Source of the DNA: Chloroflexota bacterium
GTDB taxonomy: Bacteria; Chloroflexota; Dormibacteria; CF-121
Length of the DNA stretch: 64,000 bases
Direction: 5' to 3'
Assembly: GCA_005880615.1 (NCBI GenBank)
Contig: VBID01000114.1
Coordinates: forward strand, 93,324 to 157,323
Part shown: positions 1-10,313 of the stretch, one piece after another
How positions within the stretch are numbered: position 1 is the stretch's first letter
How the letters are laid out: each line of letters opens with the position of its first letter
Notes under the pieces: model-generated
What the model was told of the DNA's origin: nothing
Database searches by the model: none
The model's input: only the letters and a program-made list of their open reading frames with translations
Translations under genes and position numbers: made by a program

Positions 1-1824
1 ACCATCACCTTGCAGGAGCAGCTCTTCCACAAAGACATCCCCTTCTTGCAGAGCTGGCTGCCCTTCGACTTCAACGCCGTTCTGCTCAAGGGCCGGGCAA
101 ACTACGTCAGCTTGCGGCGCTGGAATCGCTACCTGAACGCGCCCAGCCGCCGGCCCGATGGAAGCTGGTTTGCGGACGAGGTGAAGTTCAAATTGCGGAT
201 GCTGGTCTGGCTGGCGCAGACCCAGACGGGGGACCGATCCGAGATCCGCCTCGCCGGGCTGGACGAGCTGTTCTGGGCGCGGGCGGCGTCCACGGCCGAA
301 GACTGCCTGGGTCCCCATTGCCTGAACTACCAGCAGCAGGCATGCTTCTACTGGAACAGCCGCCACGCGGCCCGGGCCGCCGACCTGGTGGTGACCAACC
401 ATGCCCTCCTGCTGGCCGACGCGCTGTCGGGGGGCACGGTCCTCCCGCCCTACCAGCACCTGATCGTGGACGAAGCCCATCAGCTGGAGGAGGCCGCCGT
501 CGAGAATTTGACCGTGCGGCTGTCGGAGGCCGTCCTGCTCGAGAATCTGGAGCAAGCCCTGACCTGGCTGGCCGCCGTCATCCAGCTGCCTGACTCCACC
601 CTGACCGCGGAGGCGGCCGCCGCCCGGGAAGGGGCGGCGCAGTTCTTCGCCGAATTGCAGAGCTTTGTGAAGCAGCCGCCGGTGGACCAGGACCCGCGCC
701 TGTTTGGGGAAAACCGGGTCCTGCTCGACCCGGCCGGCCGCCAGCTGCCGGGATTTGCCAGCCTGGTGGCCGCCGGGCGGCGGCTGACCGACCGGCTGTC
801 AGCGCTGTGCCGCGCGCTCGAGGCCGGCCTCGACCAGGCCGACCCCGACGGGCTCAACAGTCACGCCGTCCACGAGCTCGACCTGCGGGCCACCCAGCTC
901 AGCACGCTAACGGACCTGCTGCACGAAGCCTTCGCCCAGGCGCGCCCAGACCGGATGTACTGGCTGGTCATCGAGCGCCGGTCTGGCCGGCCCCTGCTGC
1001 AGGTGGTTCCCACGGACGCCGGCCGCACCCTGGCCGAGCGGGTCATCCAGGACAAGGAGACCGTGGTCTTCACCTCCGCCAGCCTGGCGGTGGCCGACTC
1101 GTTTGACTATTTCCGGCGGGGGGTGGGCCTGCGCGAGGCAGAGGCGCACGAGCTGATCTTGGCGTCGCCATTCGACTATCTCGCCCAGGCGCTGCTCTGC
1201 CTGCCCACCGATCTGAAGGAGCTGGACGACCCCCAGTTCCTCGACCAGACTGCCGAGACCGTCGCCTCGATTGCGCGCCAGCTGGAAGGGCGGACCCTCG
1301 TCCTGTTCACGGCGCACCAGCAGCTGCGCGACGTGGCCGATCGGCTGCGGCCGCTGTCCGCCGGAGACGGGGTCCTGGTCATGGCCCAAAACGTGGATGG
1401 CACCAGGCGGCAATTGCTGGAGCAATTCCGTGAGCACCCGCGCACCATCCTGCTGGGGACGAGCAGCTTCTGGCAGGGGATCGACGTGCCCGGCGACGCG
1501 CTCTCCTGCGTGGTGATCGTGCGCCTGCCGTTTGGCGTCCCGACGGACCCGGCCCGGGTGGCCCGCAGCGCCGGACTCCGGGATCCATTCACCGAGTTGC
1601 TGCTGCCGGAGGCGGTGCTGCGCCTGAAGCAGGGGTTTGGCCGCCTCATCCGCAAGCGGACGGACCGGGGGGCGGTCGTGCTGCTCGACCACCGAGTCGC
1701 CCATCGGGCCTACGGCCAGGCCTTCCTGGACGCCCTGCCGCGGGCCGCGGTTCACCTGGGGTTGTCGGACGAGCTGGCGCCCACCATCGGCCGGTGGCTG
1801 GAGCGCACGGTGAGCCTGGGGTGA
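1..1824 (+). CDS. dinG: ATP-dependent DNA helicase DinG/Rad3-like, 5' end outside window (partial)
   Basis: Open frame runs from base 1. DEAH box (LIVDEAHQLEEAA). C-terminal helicase motifs VVTNHALLLADA and QGIDVPGDALSCVVIVRLPF. Stop TGA at 1822-1824. Confidence 0.8.
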   Translation, partial: TITLQEQLFHKDIPFLQSWLPFDFNAVLLKGRANYVSLRRWNRYLNAPSRRPDGSWFADEVKFKLRMLVWLAQTQTGDRSEIRLAGLDELFWARAASTAEDCLGPHCLNYQQQACFYWNSRHAARAADLVVTNHALLLADALSGGTVLPPYQHLIVDEAHQLEEAAVENLTVRLSEAVLLENLEQALTWLAAVIQLPDSTLTAEAAAAREGAAQFFAELQSFVKQPPVDQDPRLFGENRVLLDPAGRQLPGFASLVAAGRRLTDRLSALCRALEAGLDQADPDGLNSHAVHELDLRATQLSTLTDLLHEAFAQARPDRMYWLVIERRSGRPLLQVVPTDAGRTLAERVIQDKETVVFTSASLAVADSFDYFRRGVGLREAEAHELILASPFDYLAQALLCLPTDLKELDDPQFLDQTAETVASIARQLEGRTLVLFTAHQQLRDVADRLRPLSAGDGVLVMAQNVDGTRRQLLEQFREHPRTILLGTSSFWQGIDVPGDALSCVVIVRLPFGVPTDPARVARSAGLRDPFTELLLPEAVLRLKQGFGRLIRKRTDRGAVVLLDHRVAHRAYGQAFLDALPRAAVHLGLSDELAPTIGRWLERTVSLG

Positions 1825-2693
1825 GCGACGACCATCGGCTCCGGGTCGCCCTGGCCCAGATGGCGCCCGCACTGGGCGACCGGCAGCGAAACCTGGAGGC
1901 GCACCGGGGATGGATCGGCAAGGCTAAGGCGACCGGCGCGCAGCTCCTGGTCTTCCCCGAACTGAGCCTCACCGGCTACTTCCTCAAGGACCTGGTCCCG
2001 GAGGTCGCGATCACCCGCGACGGGCCGGAGATGCAGGAGCTGGCCAGCCTGTCCGGGGACCTGGACCTGGTGGTGGGCGCCGTGCTGGAGGAACCCGACC
2101 ACCGCTACTTCAACGCCTCGGTCTATCTCAGCCGCGGGGAGCTGCGGCACATCCACCGCAAGGTGTACCTGCCCACCTATGGCATGTTCGACGAGCAGCG
2201 GTACCTCGCGTCCGGGGACCGCTTCCGGAGCTTCCCCACCGGCTACGGGCGGGCCGGCATCCTGATCTGCGAGGACATCTGGCATCTGTCCACGGCGTAC
2301 ATCCTGAGCCTGCAGGGCGTGGATCTCATCATCTGCCCCTCGGCCAGCCCGGGTCGCGGGGTCAGCACCGACGAGCGATTGGGGACGGCCGAGTCGTATG
2401 CCCTGCTATGCCGGACCTACGCCCAGTTCTTCACCACATTCTTCCTCTACTGCAACCGGGTCGGCTACGAGGACGGGGCCAACTTCTGGGGCGGCTCGAT
2501 GATCATCGGTCCCAATGGCGACCTCATCCAGCAGGAGGAGGACGCTGACGAGGCGCTGGTCACCGCTACCCTGAACCTGGGCGATGTGCGCCACGAACGG
2601 CTCTCCAACCCGTTACTCCGCGATGAGAAGCTGGAATTGACCATCAATGAGCTCCGCCGGGTCTGGCATGAGCGTACCCGCGAACCGTACTGA
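1821..2693 (+). CDS. Carbon-nitrogen hydrolase (nitrilase superfamily), likely glutaminase partner of NadE
   Basis: [31 protein letters not shown] (Glu-Lys-Cys CN-hydrolase triad context). GTG 1821 overlaps dinG stop (GTGA). Alternative ATG at 1794. Sits directly upstream of nadE, overlapping it. Confidence 0.75.
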   Translation: MSDDHRLRVALAQMAPALGDRQRNLEAHRGWIGKAKATGAQLLVFPELSLTGYFLKDLVPEVAITRDGPEMQELASLSGDLDLVVGAVLEEPDHRYFNASVYLSRGELRHIHRKVYLPTYGMFDEQRYLASGDRFRSFPTGYGRAGILICEDIWHLSTAYILSLQGVDLIICPSASPGRGVSTDERLGTAESYALLCRTYAQFFTTFFLYCNRVGYEDGANFWGGSMIIGPNGDLIQQEEDADEALVTATLNLGDVRHERLSNPLLRDEKLELTINELRRVWHERTREPY

Positions 2694-3525
2694 ACGCGCG
2701 GAATTCCTGCCCCTCGCCATCAATCCCGCGTTGGTGGAGCGTATCCTCCTCGGCTTTATCCAGGACGAGGTACGCAAGGTCGGATTCCAGCGGGTGGTCA
2801 TCGGGCTGAGTGGCGGGGTCGACTCCAGCCTGGCCGCCACGCTAGCGGCGCGAGCGCTTGGTCCGTCCAACGTGAAGGGACTGCTCATGCCCTATCGCTT
2901 GAGCGATCCCCGCAGCCAGAGTGACGCTGAGGCCGTCGTGCGCCAGCTGGGCATCGAGCACGAGCTGATCGACATCAGTCCCCAGATCGACGCCTACTTC
3001 GCCCGCTATCCCGACGCCGAACAGGCCCGCCGGGGGAACAAGATGGCCCGGGAGCGGATGACCATCCTGTACGACCACTCGTGGGGGTGGCAGGCGCTGG
3101 TGCTGGGCACTAGTAACAAGACGGAGCTGCTGCTTGGCTACGGCACCATCTACGGCGACATGGCCAGTGCCGTGAATCCGATCGGGGACCTGTACAAGAC
3201 CCAGGTCTGGCAGCTCTCGGATGCCCTGGGCGTGCCCACGGCCATCGTGCAGAAGGCGCCGTCGGCCGACCTCTGGGCCGGGCAGACTGACGAGGTCGAG
3301 CTGGGCTTTCAGTATCGGGAGGTGGACCGACTGCTCTACTACCTGATCGAGCGCCGCTACTCGATCGCCGAACTCGAGCGAGAGGGATTCGCGCGCCCCT
3401 TCATCGACGTGGTCATGGGCAAGGTGCGGGACAGCCAGTACAAGCGGCGGCTGCCGGTGATCGCCAAGCTCTCCAGCCGCACCATCGACCGCGACTTCCG
3501 CTATCCGCGCGACTGGGGTCACTGA
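2668..3525 (+). CDS. nadE: NAD+ synthetase (PP-loop ATP pyrophosphatase)
   Basis: [12 protein letters not shown]-loop and NadE-like length. Alternative ATG at 2647. Overlaps the upstream CN-hydrolase ORF. Confidence 0.85.
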   Translation: MSVPANRTERAEFLPLAINPALVERILLGFIQDEVRKVGFQRVVIGLSGGVDSSLAATLAARALGPSNVKGLLMPYRLSDPRSQSDAEAVVRQLGIEHELIDISPQIDAYFARYPDAEQARRGNKMARERMTILYDHSWGWQALVLGTSNKTELLLGYGTIYGDMASAVNPIGDLYKTQVWQLSDALGVPTAIVQKAPSADLWAGQTDEVELGFQYREVDRLLYYLIERRYSIAELEREGFARPFIDVVMGKVRDSQYKRRLPVIAKLSSRTIDRDFRYPRDWGH

Positions 3526-3533
3526 TTCCGCTT

Positions 3534-4109
3534 TTGGCCACGGATCCGCTGATCGGCGGGCTCTTTTGGGCTGCCGTCGCCTTCTGGTTGGTGGCCGAGT
3601 GGGTGTTTGGCGTTCGCAGCCGGCCGCCGGCCGGCGCCGCCCTGAGGGACCGCGGTTCCCGGATCGTGGTGGTCGCCTCAGTGGGGATCGGGGTCGCCCT
3701 GGCGGCCAACCTGGCGTTCGCCGTGCCGGAGGCGGCCATCGCGCCCAGCCGCCTGGTGCCGCTGGCCGGCGTCGCTCTTATGGTGGCGGGTGAAGGCTTC
3801 CGGCTGTACGCCATCCGCAGCCTGGGCCGATATTTCACCTTCGTGGTGGCGCTCCACCCCGGTCAGCACCTGGTCGAGTCGGGTCCGTACCGGCTAATTC
3901 GGCACCCGTCGTATACCGGGTCGCTGGTGACGGTGCTCGGGATATGCCTGGCCATGGCCAACTGGCTCTCCCTGGTGGGCGTGATCCCGGCGGCGCTCGG
4001 GTACGGGTACCGGATCCGGGTCGAGGAGCGCGCGCTGGTGGAGGGGCTGGGCGAGGCGTACCGAGCCTACAGGCGCCGGACCAAGCGGATCATTCCTTAC
4101 ATTGTGTGA
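3534..4109 (+). CDS. Isoprenylcysteine carboxyl methyltransferase (ICMT)/phospholipid methyltransferase-family membrane protein
   Basis: Hydrophobic N-terminus and C-terminal RHPSYTGSL motif typical of the ICMT family. Confidence 0.7.
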   Translation: MATDPLIGGLFWAAVAFWLVAEWVFGVRSRPPAGAALRDRGSRIVVVASVGIGVALAANLAFAVPEAAIAPSRLVPLAGVALMVAGEGFRLYAIRSLGRYFTFVVALHPGQHLVESGPYRLIRHPSYTGSLVTVLGICLAMANWLSLVGVIPAALGYGYRIRVEERALVEGLGEAYRAYRRRTKRIIPYIV

Positions 4110-4111
4110 GC

Positions 4112-4813
4112 GTGGGCACGCTCTACCTCGTTTCAACCCCCATCGGCAACCTGGATGACATCACGCTGCGGGCCTTGCAGGTGCTGGAGGCGGCGCCGCT
4201 GGTGGCGGCCGAAGACACCCGCCACACGCTGAAGCTGCTCACCCACTTCGGCCTGCGCCGGCCACTGGTGAGCCTGCATGCCCACAACGAGGAGCGGCAA
4301 CTGGAGAGCATCCTGGAGCGGTTGAAGCAGCACGATATTGCGCTGGTTTCGGACGCGGGCACCCCGGCGCTGTCGGACCCCGGCGTGCGGCTGGTGAGCG
4401 CGGCGGTGGCCCGCGGCTTCGCCGTGGTGCCCATCCCCGGGCCGTCCGCGCCGCTGGCGGCCCTGGTGGCGTCGGGGTTGCCCACCAACCAGTTCACGTT
4501 CCTGGGATTCTTGCCTCGCAAGCGCGGCGAGCTGGAGCGTGTGCTGGGCGACGCGGGGGAGGCCCGCCGGACCTTCGTGTTCTTTGAGTCACCGCATAGG
4601 CTGACGAAAACATTGGCTATAATGGCTGCCACCCTCGGCCCGCGCGCCATGGTGGTAGCCCGGGAGATCACCAAGACGCACGAAGAATTTGTTCGCGGAA
4701 CCCCAGCTGCACTGCTGGCCCACTTTGAGCAGCGGCCGCCGCGTGGGGAGCTGACGGTGGTGGTGGCCGGGAGCGATTGGAAACCTGTGAACGGGGCCGG
4801 CAGCAATGGGTAA
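4112..4813 (+). CDS. rsmI: 16S rRNA (cytidine1402-2'-O)-methyltransferase
   Basis: LYLVSTPIGNLDDITLRALQVLE, a tetrapyrrole-methylase-fold RsmI N-terminus. GTG 4112 lies just after the ICMT stop. The ORF-track extension back to 3944 overlaps ICMT and is rejected. Confidence 0.85.
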   Translation: MGTLYLVSTPIGNLDDITLRALQVLEAAPLVAAEDTRHTLKLLTHFGLRRPLVSLHAHNEERQLESILERLKQHDIALVSDAGTPALSDPGVRLVSAAVARGFAVVPIPGPSAPLAALVASGLPTNQFTFLGFLPRKRGELERVLGDAGEARRTFVFFESPHRLTKTLAIMAATLGPRAMVVAREITKTHEEFVRGTPAALLAHFEQRPPRGELTVVVAGSDWKPVNGAGSNG

Positions 4814-6362
4814 GTTCTACGTCACCACCGCCATCGTGTACGTCAACGACAAGCCTGCCCTGCATTACCTGTATGAGGTCGTGGCCGCCGACGTCCTGGC
4901 CCGCTATCACCGGATGATTGGCGACGACACGTTCTTCCTGACCGGAACTGATGAGCATTCCATCAACGTGGAGCGCGCCGCCAAGCGGGAGGGTCTTCCG
5001 GCGAAGGTGTACAGCGACCAGATGGCGCAGCTCTACCGCGACGTCGAGGCGCAATTCGGCATCTCCTACGACCGATTCATTCGGACCGAAGATCCGGACC
5101 ACGTGGCCGGCGTTCAGAAATTCATTGGCCAGATGCAGGCGAAGGGGGATATCTACAAGGGCACCTACAGCGGCTGGTACTGCCCATCGTGTGAAGCCTT
5201 CTACCAGGCGGACGAGCTGAACGATGGGTACTGCCGGATTCACCCGTCGATCAAGGCCAGCTGGCTGCAGGAGGACAACTACTTTTTCGCACTGTCGAAA
5301 TACCAGGGCCGGCTGCTGCAGCACATCGAGAAACATCCCGAGTTCATCCAGCCCGAGAGCCGGCGAAATGAGATTCTCGGCTGGTTGAGGGCGGGCCTTC
5401 GCGACTTCAGCATCTCGCGCTCCACAATCACGTGGGGCATCCCCTTTCCCGGCGATGAGCGGCACGTCGTGTATGTGTGGGGCGACGCGCTGGTCAACTA
5501 CATCACCGGTGTCGGGTATGGCACCGATGAGGCGCTGTTCAAGCGCTGGTGGCCGGCCGACCTCCACATCATCGGCAAGGACATCACCCGCTTCCATACC
5601 CTCTACTGGCCCGCCATGCTGATGTCTGCCGGCGTCGCGTTGCCCAAGCGGATCTGGGGCCACGGCTTCATGCTGTATCGCGGACAGCGGACCAGCAAGA
5701 CCGCCGGTACGGCCATCGACCCCATCGAGGTGGCGAGCATGTTTGGGGCCGACGCGGTGCGGTACCTGGTCCTCCGTGAGGTGCCATTCGACCGCGACGC
5801 GGATATCAGCGTGGAGGCCATGACCGATCGGTTCAACGCCGACCTGGCCAACGACCTGGGGAACTTCGTCTACCGCAGCCTCTCCATGCTCCAGCGCTAC
5901 TTCGACGGAAAGGTCCCCGCTCCGGACGGCGATACGACCAAGTTGGACGCGGACCTGCGCAAGGCGTTTGAGAAAGCCGTCAAAGGCCAGGGGAAATGCC
6001 TCAAGGACCTCAACTACACCGGCGCCCTCGAGTTGATCTGGGCTGCCGTCAACCGCGGTAACAAGTACATCGAGGAGAGTGCGCCCTGGGTGCTCGCCAA
6101 GCAGTCCGACCAGCGCAAGCGGCTGCAGACCGTGATGTACAACCTGGCCGAGGCGATCCGGCTGACCAGCCTCCTGATCGCGCCCTTTATGCCGGACACC
6201 GCGCAGAAGATCGCGGCGCAGGTCAAGGCCGATTTCAAGATGCCCTGGGTCACCGCCCAGGAATGGGGCGGCACCGCAGTCCGGACGCAGACGACGCTGG
6301 GTGGCGTCCTGTTCCCCCGGATCGAGAAAGAGCTGGCAAGCTCATCGACCTCATCCAGCTGA
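4806..6362 (+). CDS. metG: Methionyl-tRNA synthetase (short form, no C-terminal tRNA-binding extension)
   Basis: Class I aaRS N-terminus YVTTAIVYVNDKPALHYLYE, zinc knuckle CPSCEAFY, KMSKS-like KTAGTAIDP. Confidence 0.9.
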   Translation: MGKFYVTTAIVYVNDKPALHYLYEVVAADVLARYHRMIGDDTFFLTGTDEHSINVERAAKREGLPAKVYSDQMAQLYRDVEAQFGISYDRFIRTEDPDHVAGVQKFIGQMQAKGDIYKGTYSGWYCPSCEAFYQADELNDGYCRIHPSIKASWLQEDNYFFALSKYQGRLLQHIEKHPEFIQPESRRNEILGWLRAGLRDFSISRSTITWGIPFPGDERHVVYVWGDALVNYITGVGYGTDEALFKRWWPADLHIIGKDITRFHTLYWPAMLMSAGVALPKRIWGHGFMLYRGQRTSKTAGTAIDPIEVASMFGADAVRYLVLREVPFDRDADISVEAMTDRFNADLANDLGNFVYRSLSMLQRYFDGKVPAPDGDTTKLDADLRKAFEKAVKGQGKCLKDLNYTGALELIWAAVNRGNKYIEESAPWVLAKQSDQRKRLQTVMYNLAEAIRLTSLLIAPFMPDTAQKIAAQVKADFKMPWVTAQEWGGTAVRTQTTLGGVLFPRIEKELASSSTSSS

Positions 6363-7132
6363 TCGACTCGCACGCGCACCTGCTGTCCCTTCGGGCGCCA
6401 GACACGCCGGACTCCGCGCTGCGGGAGGCCGCCGACGCCGGTGTCACCCGGGTGATCAACATCGGCGACGACCCGACCGATAACGAACCGGGCATCCAGC
6501 TGGCCGAGCGGATCCCGGCGCTGCGCACGACCGTCGGCTGGCATCCGCACTTTGCGGATCACCCCTTAGAGGCCAAGGAGCTGCGAGCGTTGCGAACCCT
6601 GGCGGCGCATCCGCGGGTGGTCGCCGTGGGCGAGATTGGCCTGGACTACGCCTTCACCGAGTACCACCGGGTGCCGGCCAAAGCGCAGGCCCGCGCGTTT
6701 CGACAGATGCTGGGCTTGAGCCAGGAGCTGGGCAAGCCGGTGGTGCTGCACACGCGCGACGCCTTTGCCGACCTGCTGGCCATCCTCGACGAATTTCCCG
6801 GGATCGGCGGCGTATTCCATTGTTTCAGCGGCAACGCGGCCATCGCCTCGGAGTGCCTGGCTCGCGGCTTTGCCATTTCATTCGCGGCCACCGTCACCTA
6901 TCCGGGGGCCCATGACGTCAAAGGCGCGGCCGGCCTGGTGCCGTTGGACCGGATGCTGGTGGAGACCGACGCGCCGTTCCTTCCACCCCAGAGCCGCCGC
7001 GGCCAGCCCAACGCGCCGCGCTACCTGCCCGAGACCGTTCAGGGCATCGCCACCCTCCGCGGGGACAGCATCGAATCCGTAGCCGCCGCCACCCGGCGCA
7101 ATGCCATCCAGCTGTTCGGACTCGATGGCTGA
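6263..7132 (+). CDS. tatD: TatD-family metal-dependent hydrolase/DNase
   Basis: LIDSHAHL metal-binding motif. ATG 6263 gives about 100 nt of overlap with the metG 3' end. A later non-canonical start near 6353-6359 is also possible. Confidence 0.75.
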   Translation: MGRHRSPDADDAGWRPVPPDRERAGKLIDLIQLIDSHAHLLSLRAPDTPDSALREAADAGVTRVINIGDDPTDNEPGIQLAERIPALRTTVGWHPHFADHPLEAKELRALRTLAAHPRVVAVGEIGLDYAFTEYHRVPAKAQARAFRQMLGLSQELGKPVVLHTRDAFADLLAILDEFPGIGGVFHCFSGNAAIASECLARGFAISFAATVTYPGAHDVKGAAGLVPLDRMLVETDAPFLPPQSRRGQPNAPRYLPETVQGIATLRGDSIESVAAATRRNAIQLFGLDG

Positions 7133-7973
7133 TCCACCTGACCTCGCCAACCCGTCGACGATCCGCGCCGTGGCGCGCCGCTTTGGCGTGCAGTTCCAGC
7201 GCCGGTGGGGCCAGAACTTCCTGGCCGATCGGGGCCAGCTGGAGCGGCTGGTGGCCGCCCTGGCGGTTCGCCCAGCTGAGCACGTTGTGGAAGTGGGCCC
7301 GGGCCTCGGGGTGCTGACCCGGGAACTGGCCCAGCGCGCCGCGAGCGTCGTGGGGGTAGAGGTCGATTCGGCCTGCGTTCGGGCACTGGGGCTGACTCTG
7401 CGCGGGCTGGCCAACGTGACCATCGTGCTGGGAGACATCCTGGTCCAGCCGGTGGGTCGCCTGGGCCCGACCCCCTACCGGGTCGTCGGGAACATTCCGT
7501 ACAACCTGACCGGCGCCCTGTTTGGGCATCTGCTGGAGCAACCCGATCCGCCACGGCAGATCGACCTGCTGGTGCAGAAGGAAGTCGCCCAGCGGATCGC
7601 GTCGCCGGGCGGCGATTGGAGCCTGGCCACCCTGAGCGTACGGGCGTTCGGTAGCGCCGAGCTGATCCTGGCTATTCCCAAGGAGGCCTTCTTCCCGGTG
7701 CCCAAGGTGGCGTCGGCTCTGCTGCGGATCGTTCCGGAGCCGATGCCCGTCATCCCGCGTGATGAGCTCCCCGAGTTTTTCAAGTTCGTCCGCCCGTTCT
7801 TTCAGGCCCGGCGAAAGCAACTGCCGTACGTCCTCACGAGGAGGTTGGGCCTGTCGAACGCGCAGGCGCGAGCTCACCTGAGCCAGCTGGGGATCGATCC
7901 AGCTCGCCGCCCGGAAACGCTTTCGCTGGAGGAGTGGCGGCGACTCTTCGCCCGGCGTATAGTTCCCGCCTAG
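7125..7973 (+). CDS. rsmA: 16S rRNA (adenine1518/1519-N6)-dimethyltransferase
   Basis: FGQNFL and VVEVGPGLGVLT SAM-binding motifs. ATG 7125 overlaps the tatD stop. Confidence 0.85.
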   Translation: MADPPDLANPSTIRAVARRFGVQFQRRWGQNFLADRGQLERLVAALAVRPAEHVVEVGPGLGVLTRELAQRAASVVGVEVDSACVRALGLTLRGLANVTIVLGDILVQPVGRLGPTPYRVVGNIPYNLTGALFGHLLEQPDPPRQIDLLVQKEVAQRIASPGGDWSLATLSVRAFGSAELILAIPKEAFFPVPKVASALLRIVPEPMPVIPRDELPEFFKFVRPFFQARRKQLPYVLTRRLGLSNAQARAHLSQLGIDPARRPETLSLEEWRRLFARRIVPA

Positions 7974-7996
7974 AACACAGGAGGGACGGACGCACG

Positions 7997-8317
7997 ATGG
8001 ACGACGATATCCCGTTTTCGCGGCGGGTCTACTCGGGGCGGGGCGTCTTCCTAGACAACCTCCTGACTGAGGTGGCCGCCCGGCCCGAATTGCTTCGCCT
8101 GGTAAGACGGGCGAAAGAGATGAGCGACGATGAGCTGGCCACCCTGGTCGAGGTGATTGGGCGCTCCAGTGGTCGACCGGTCCGCCACCGGCGGTGGCAT
8201 CTGCCCAGACCCACCCTGCCGGTGACCCTGCTGGCCGGTGCGGGCGCCCTGGTCGTGGTCCTCGGTGTCATCAGCGTGGTGCTCTTCGTGTTCGGCACGG
8301 CCCGCGCCGCAGGATAA
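7997..8317 (+). CDS. Hypothetical protein with C-terminal transmembrane helix
   Basis: ATG 7997 preceded by GGAGGG. C-terminal hydrophobic stretch LLAGAGALVVVLGVISVVLFVF. No recognisable domain. Confidence 0.35.
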   Translation: MDDDIPFSRRVYSGRGVFLDNLLTEVAARPELLRLVRRAKEMSDDELATLVEVIGRSSGRPVRHRRWHLPRPTLPVTLLAGAGALVVVLGVISVVLFVFGTARAAG

Positions 8318-8372
8318 GCCTCACGGCGAGGCTTATGATGCAGTGGCCTTGAGGGACCCCCGCGACATCATT

Positions 8373-9659
8373 GTGCCGCGCCCCGGTGGGTTCGGCGGTG
8401 TCCTCGGCAATCCGGACTTCCGGCTGATGTGGTCGGCGCAGATTGCCTCGCAACTGGCCGACAAGTTCCTGATGTTCTCGCTGCTGATCCTCAGCTACAC
8501 CGTCAGCCGAACCAGCACCCAGGGGGCGACGCTGTTCCTGGCTTACACGCTGCCCTCGGTTTTCCTCAGCCCCTTCGCCGGTGTGTACGCGGACCGCCAC
8601 AACAAGAAGCTGCTGATGTTCTGGACAAACGCCATCCGGGGCGGCCTCATCCTCCTGATCCCGCTGAGCCGGTACTCCCCCTATTTCCAGGGAGTCACCT
8701 GGCACCTGCTGGTTATCACCTTCCTGTTTGCCGCGGTAGGCCAGGTCTTCGCCCCGGCGGAGGCGGCGTCGATCCCGTTCATCGTCAATAGCGAAGGGCT
8801 GATGACGGCCACATCCGTGTTTACCAGCACGGTGATGCTCACGCTGCTGGTGGCGGTCCCGCTCTCGACGCTGGCCGTCCGATTCCTCGGCCAGGAGTCG
8901 CCCTATTGGGCAGCGGCGCTGCTCTTCTTTATAGCCGCGGGACTGATCCTGCTGATTCGAACGCCGCTGCGGCTGGTGACGCACGTCGCGCCCGAATCGC
9001 CGGATCTCCTCTATGAGCTCCGGGAAGGGGTGGCATATATTGCCTCCCGGCCGGAGGTCCGCACCGCGGTCCTGCAGCTCAGCCTGACCATCACCATCAT
9101 CTTCTCCGTCTTCGTGGTGGCGCCCCAATACATGAGCACGGTGCTGCAGCTGCAGGCGCGCGACGTGTACCTGATCCTGGGGCCGGCCGTGCTCGGCATG
9201 CTGGCCATGGCCTTCTTTTTGGGCCAGTACGGTCGCCATTTCCGGCGAACCCGGCTCCTGATCGGCGGCCTGCTCTCAGCTGGCGTGACCCTGATGCTGG
9301 TGGCGGTCGTCCCCAGCCTGCTGCGCCAGTTCGCCCCCAACTTGTTGCTGAGCTTCCCGGCAATCTTCGGCCTGGTGGGGGGCCTGGAGTTCGGGGTGCT
9401 CTTCATCCCAGCCTTTACGGTCCTGCAGGAACACACCGAAGCAGAGCTTCGGGGTCGCATCTTCGGGGCGGTGTTCACCGTGGTCAACGCCGCGGTGGCC
9501 GTGCCCATCCTGCTGGCCGGCGGGCTCGCGGACCTGTTCGGCGTGTCGCGGGTGATCTTCGGGATGGGGGTGCTGCTGGTGCTGGCCGGCCTCACGTCCG
9601 CGCTTCCCAGTCGCCGCAGCCCGTTGATTCCGCCGAAGGAAATGAAGGAGAACCGCTAG
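8373..9659 (+). CDS. MFS transporter
   Basis: About 12 predicted hydrophobic segments. N-terminal GNPDFRLMWSAQ is a typical MFS start. GTG 8373 or ATG 8427 are the plausible starts. Confidence 0.7.
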   Translation: MPRPGGFGGVLGNPDFRLMWSAQIASQLADKFLMFSLLILSYTVSRTSTQGATLFLAYTLPSVFLSPFAGVYADRHNKKLLMFWTNAIRGGLILLIPLSRYSPYFQGVTWHLLVITFLFAAVGQVFAPAEAASIPFIVNSEGLMTATSVFTSTVMLTLLVAVPLSTLAVRFLGQESPYWAAALLFFIAAGLILLIRTPLRLVTHVAPESPDLLYELREGVAYIASRPEVRTAVLQLSLTITIIFSVFVVAPQYMSTVLQLQARDVYLILGPAVLGMLAMAFFLGQYGRHFRRTRLLIGGLLSAGVTLMLVAVVPSLLRQFAPNLLLSFPAIFGLVGGLEFGVLFIPAFTVLQEHTEAELRGRIFGAVFTVVNAAVAVPILLAGGLADLFGVSRVIFGMGVLLVLAGLTSALPSRRSPLIPPKEMKENR

Positions 9660-9684
9660 CCCGCCGATATAATCGGTGGGTCCA

Positions 9685-9761
9685 GGGCGCATAGCTCAGT
9701 TGGTACGAGCGCTTCCATGACAAGGAAGAGGTCACAGGTTCGACTCCTGTTGCGCCCACCA
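9685..9761 (+). tRNA. tRNA-Val (anticodon GAC)
   Basis: Cloverleaf: acceptor GGGCGCA/TGCGCCC, D-arm GCTC..GAGC, anticodon stem CTTCC/GGAAG with loop ATGACAA (U33, A37, anticodon GAC), T-arm ACAGG TTCGACT CCTGT, encoded CCA. Confidence 0.85.
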
Positions 9762-9805
9762 AAGTTCCCTTCCCGATGAAGGTGCCAGCGGCACCTTGGA
9801 ACTGA

Positions 9806-10313
9806 GCCCCTTTCTACGACGGATGGAGCCGGTCGAATGAGTGCCTGGTCGAGACCATCGGCGCCCTCTCCCTCGAGCAACTCGCGCTGAGGCCGGCACC
9901 CGACCTCTGACCCTCTGGGCCACCACCGCCCATCTCGCTGGGGCCCGGGTGTACTGGTTGTGCGCGATCCTCCAGGAGCCCGGTGCCGGGGCGCGCTCTA
10001 TTCCGATGCCACCGGAGCCGGTTGGGAGGACGACCTGGCGCACCCGCGTGAGCCCAGAGAACTCATCTTCGCCTTGGAATCCTCCTCGACCATCGTTCAG
10101 GCATGCCTTGAGCGCTGGACGCCGGCGATGCTACAAGACGAATTCCGTCGAGAGATCGCCGGCAAGCTCCAGCTCCAGCCCCGCCAGGCTGTGCTCCTGC
10201 GGCTGCTCACGCACGACGGCTACCACGGTGGCGAGATCTCGCAGACACTCGGAATGCACGCACTCAAGGAGGTTCACCTCTGGACCGGCCGCCATCGGCC
10301 CCTTGCAACCTGA
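9806..10313 (+). pseudogene. DinB/YfiT-like (DinB_2) metal-dependent hydrolase family, frameshifted pseudogene
   Basis: The homologous sequence is spread over three frames: 9806-9910 (ETIGALSLEQLALRPAPD, ends at TGA), 9905-9960 (LWATTAHLAGARVYWL), and 9960-10313 (C-terminal LLTHDGYHGGEISQ motif). No start codon. Paralogous to the intact DinB-family gene at 15173-15718. Confidence 0.5.

Noticed and set aside
3944-4111. rsmI extension back to ATG 3944
   Set aside because: It overlaps the ICMT-family gene by about 165 nt in another frame and adds a Gly/Arg-rich segment not found in RsmI. GTG 4112, just after the ICMT stop, fits the RsmI N-terminus.
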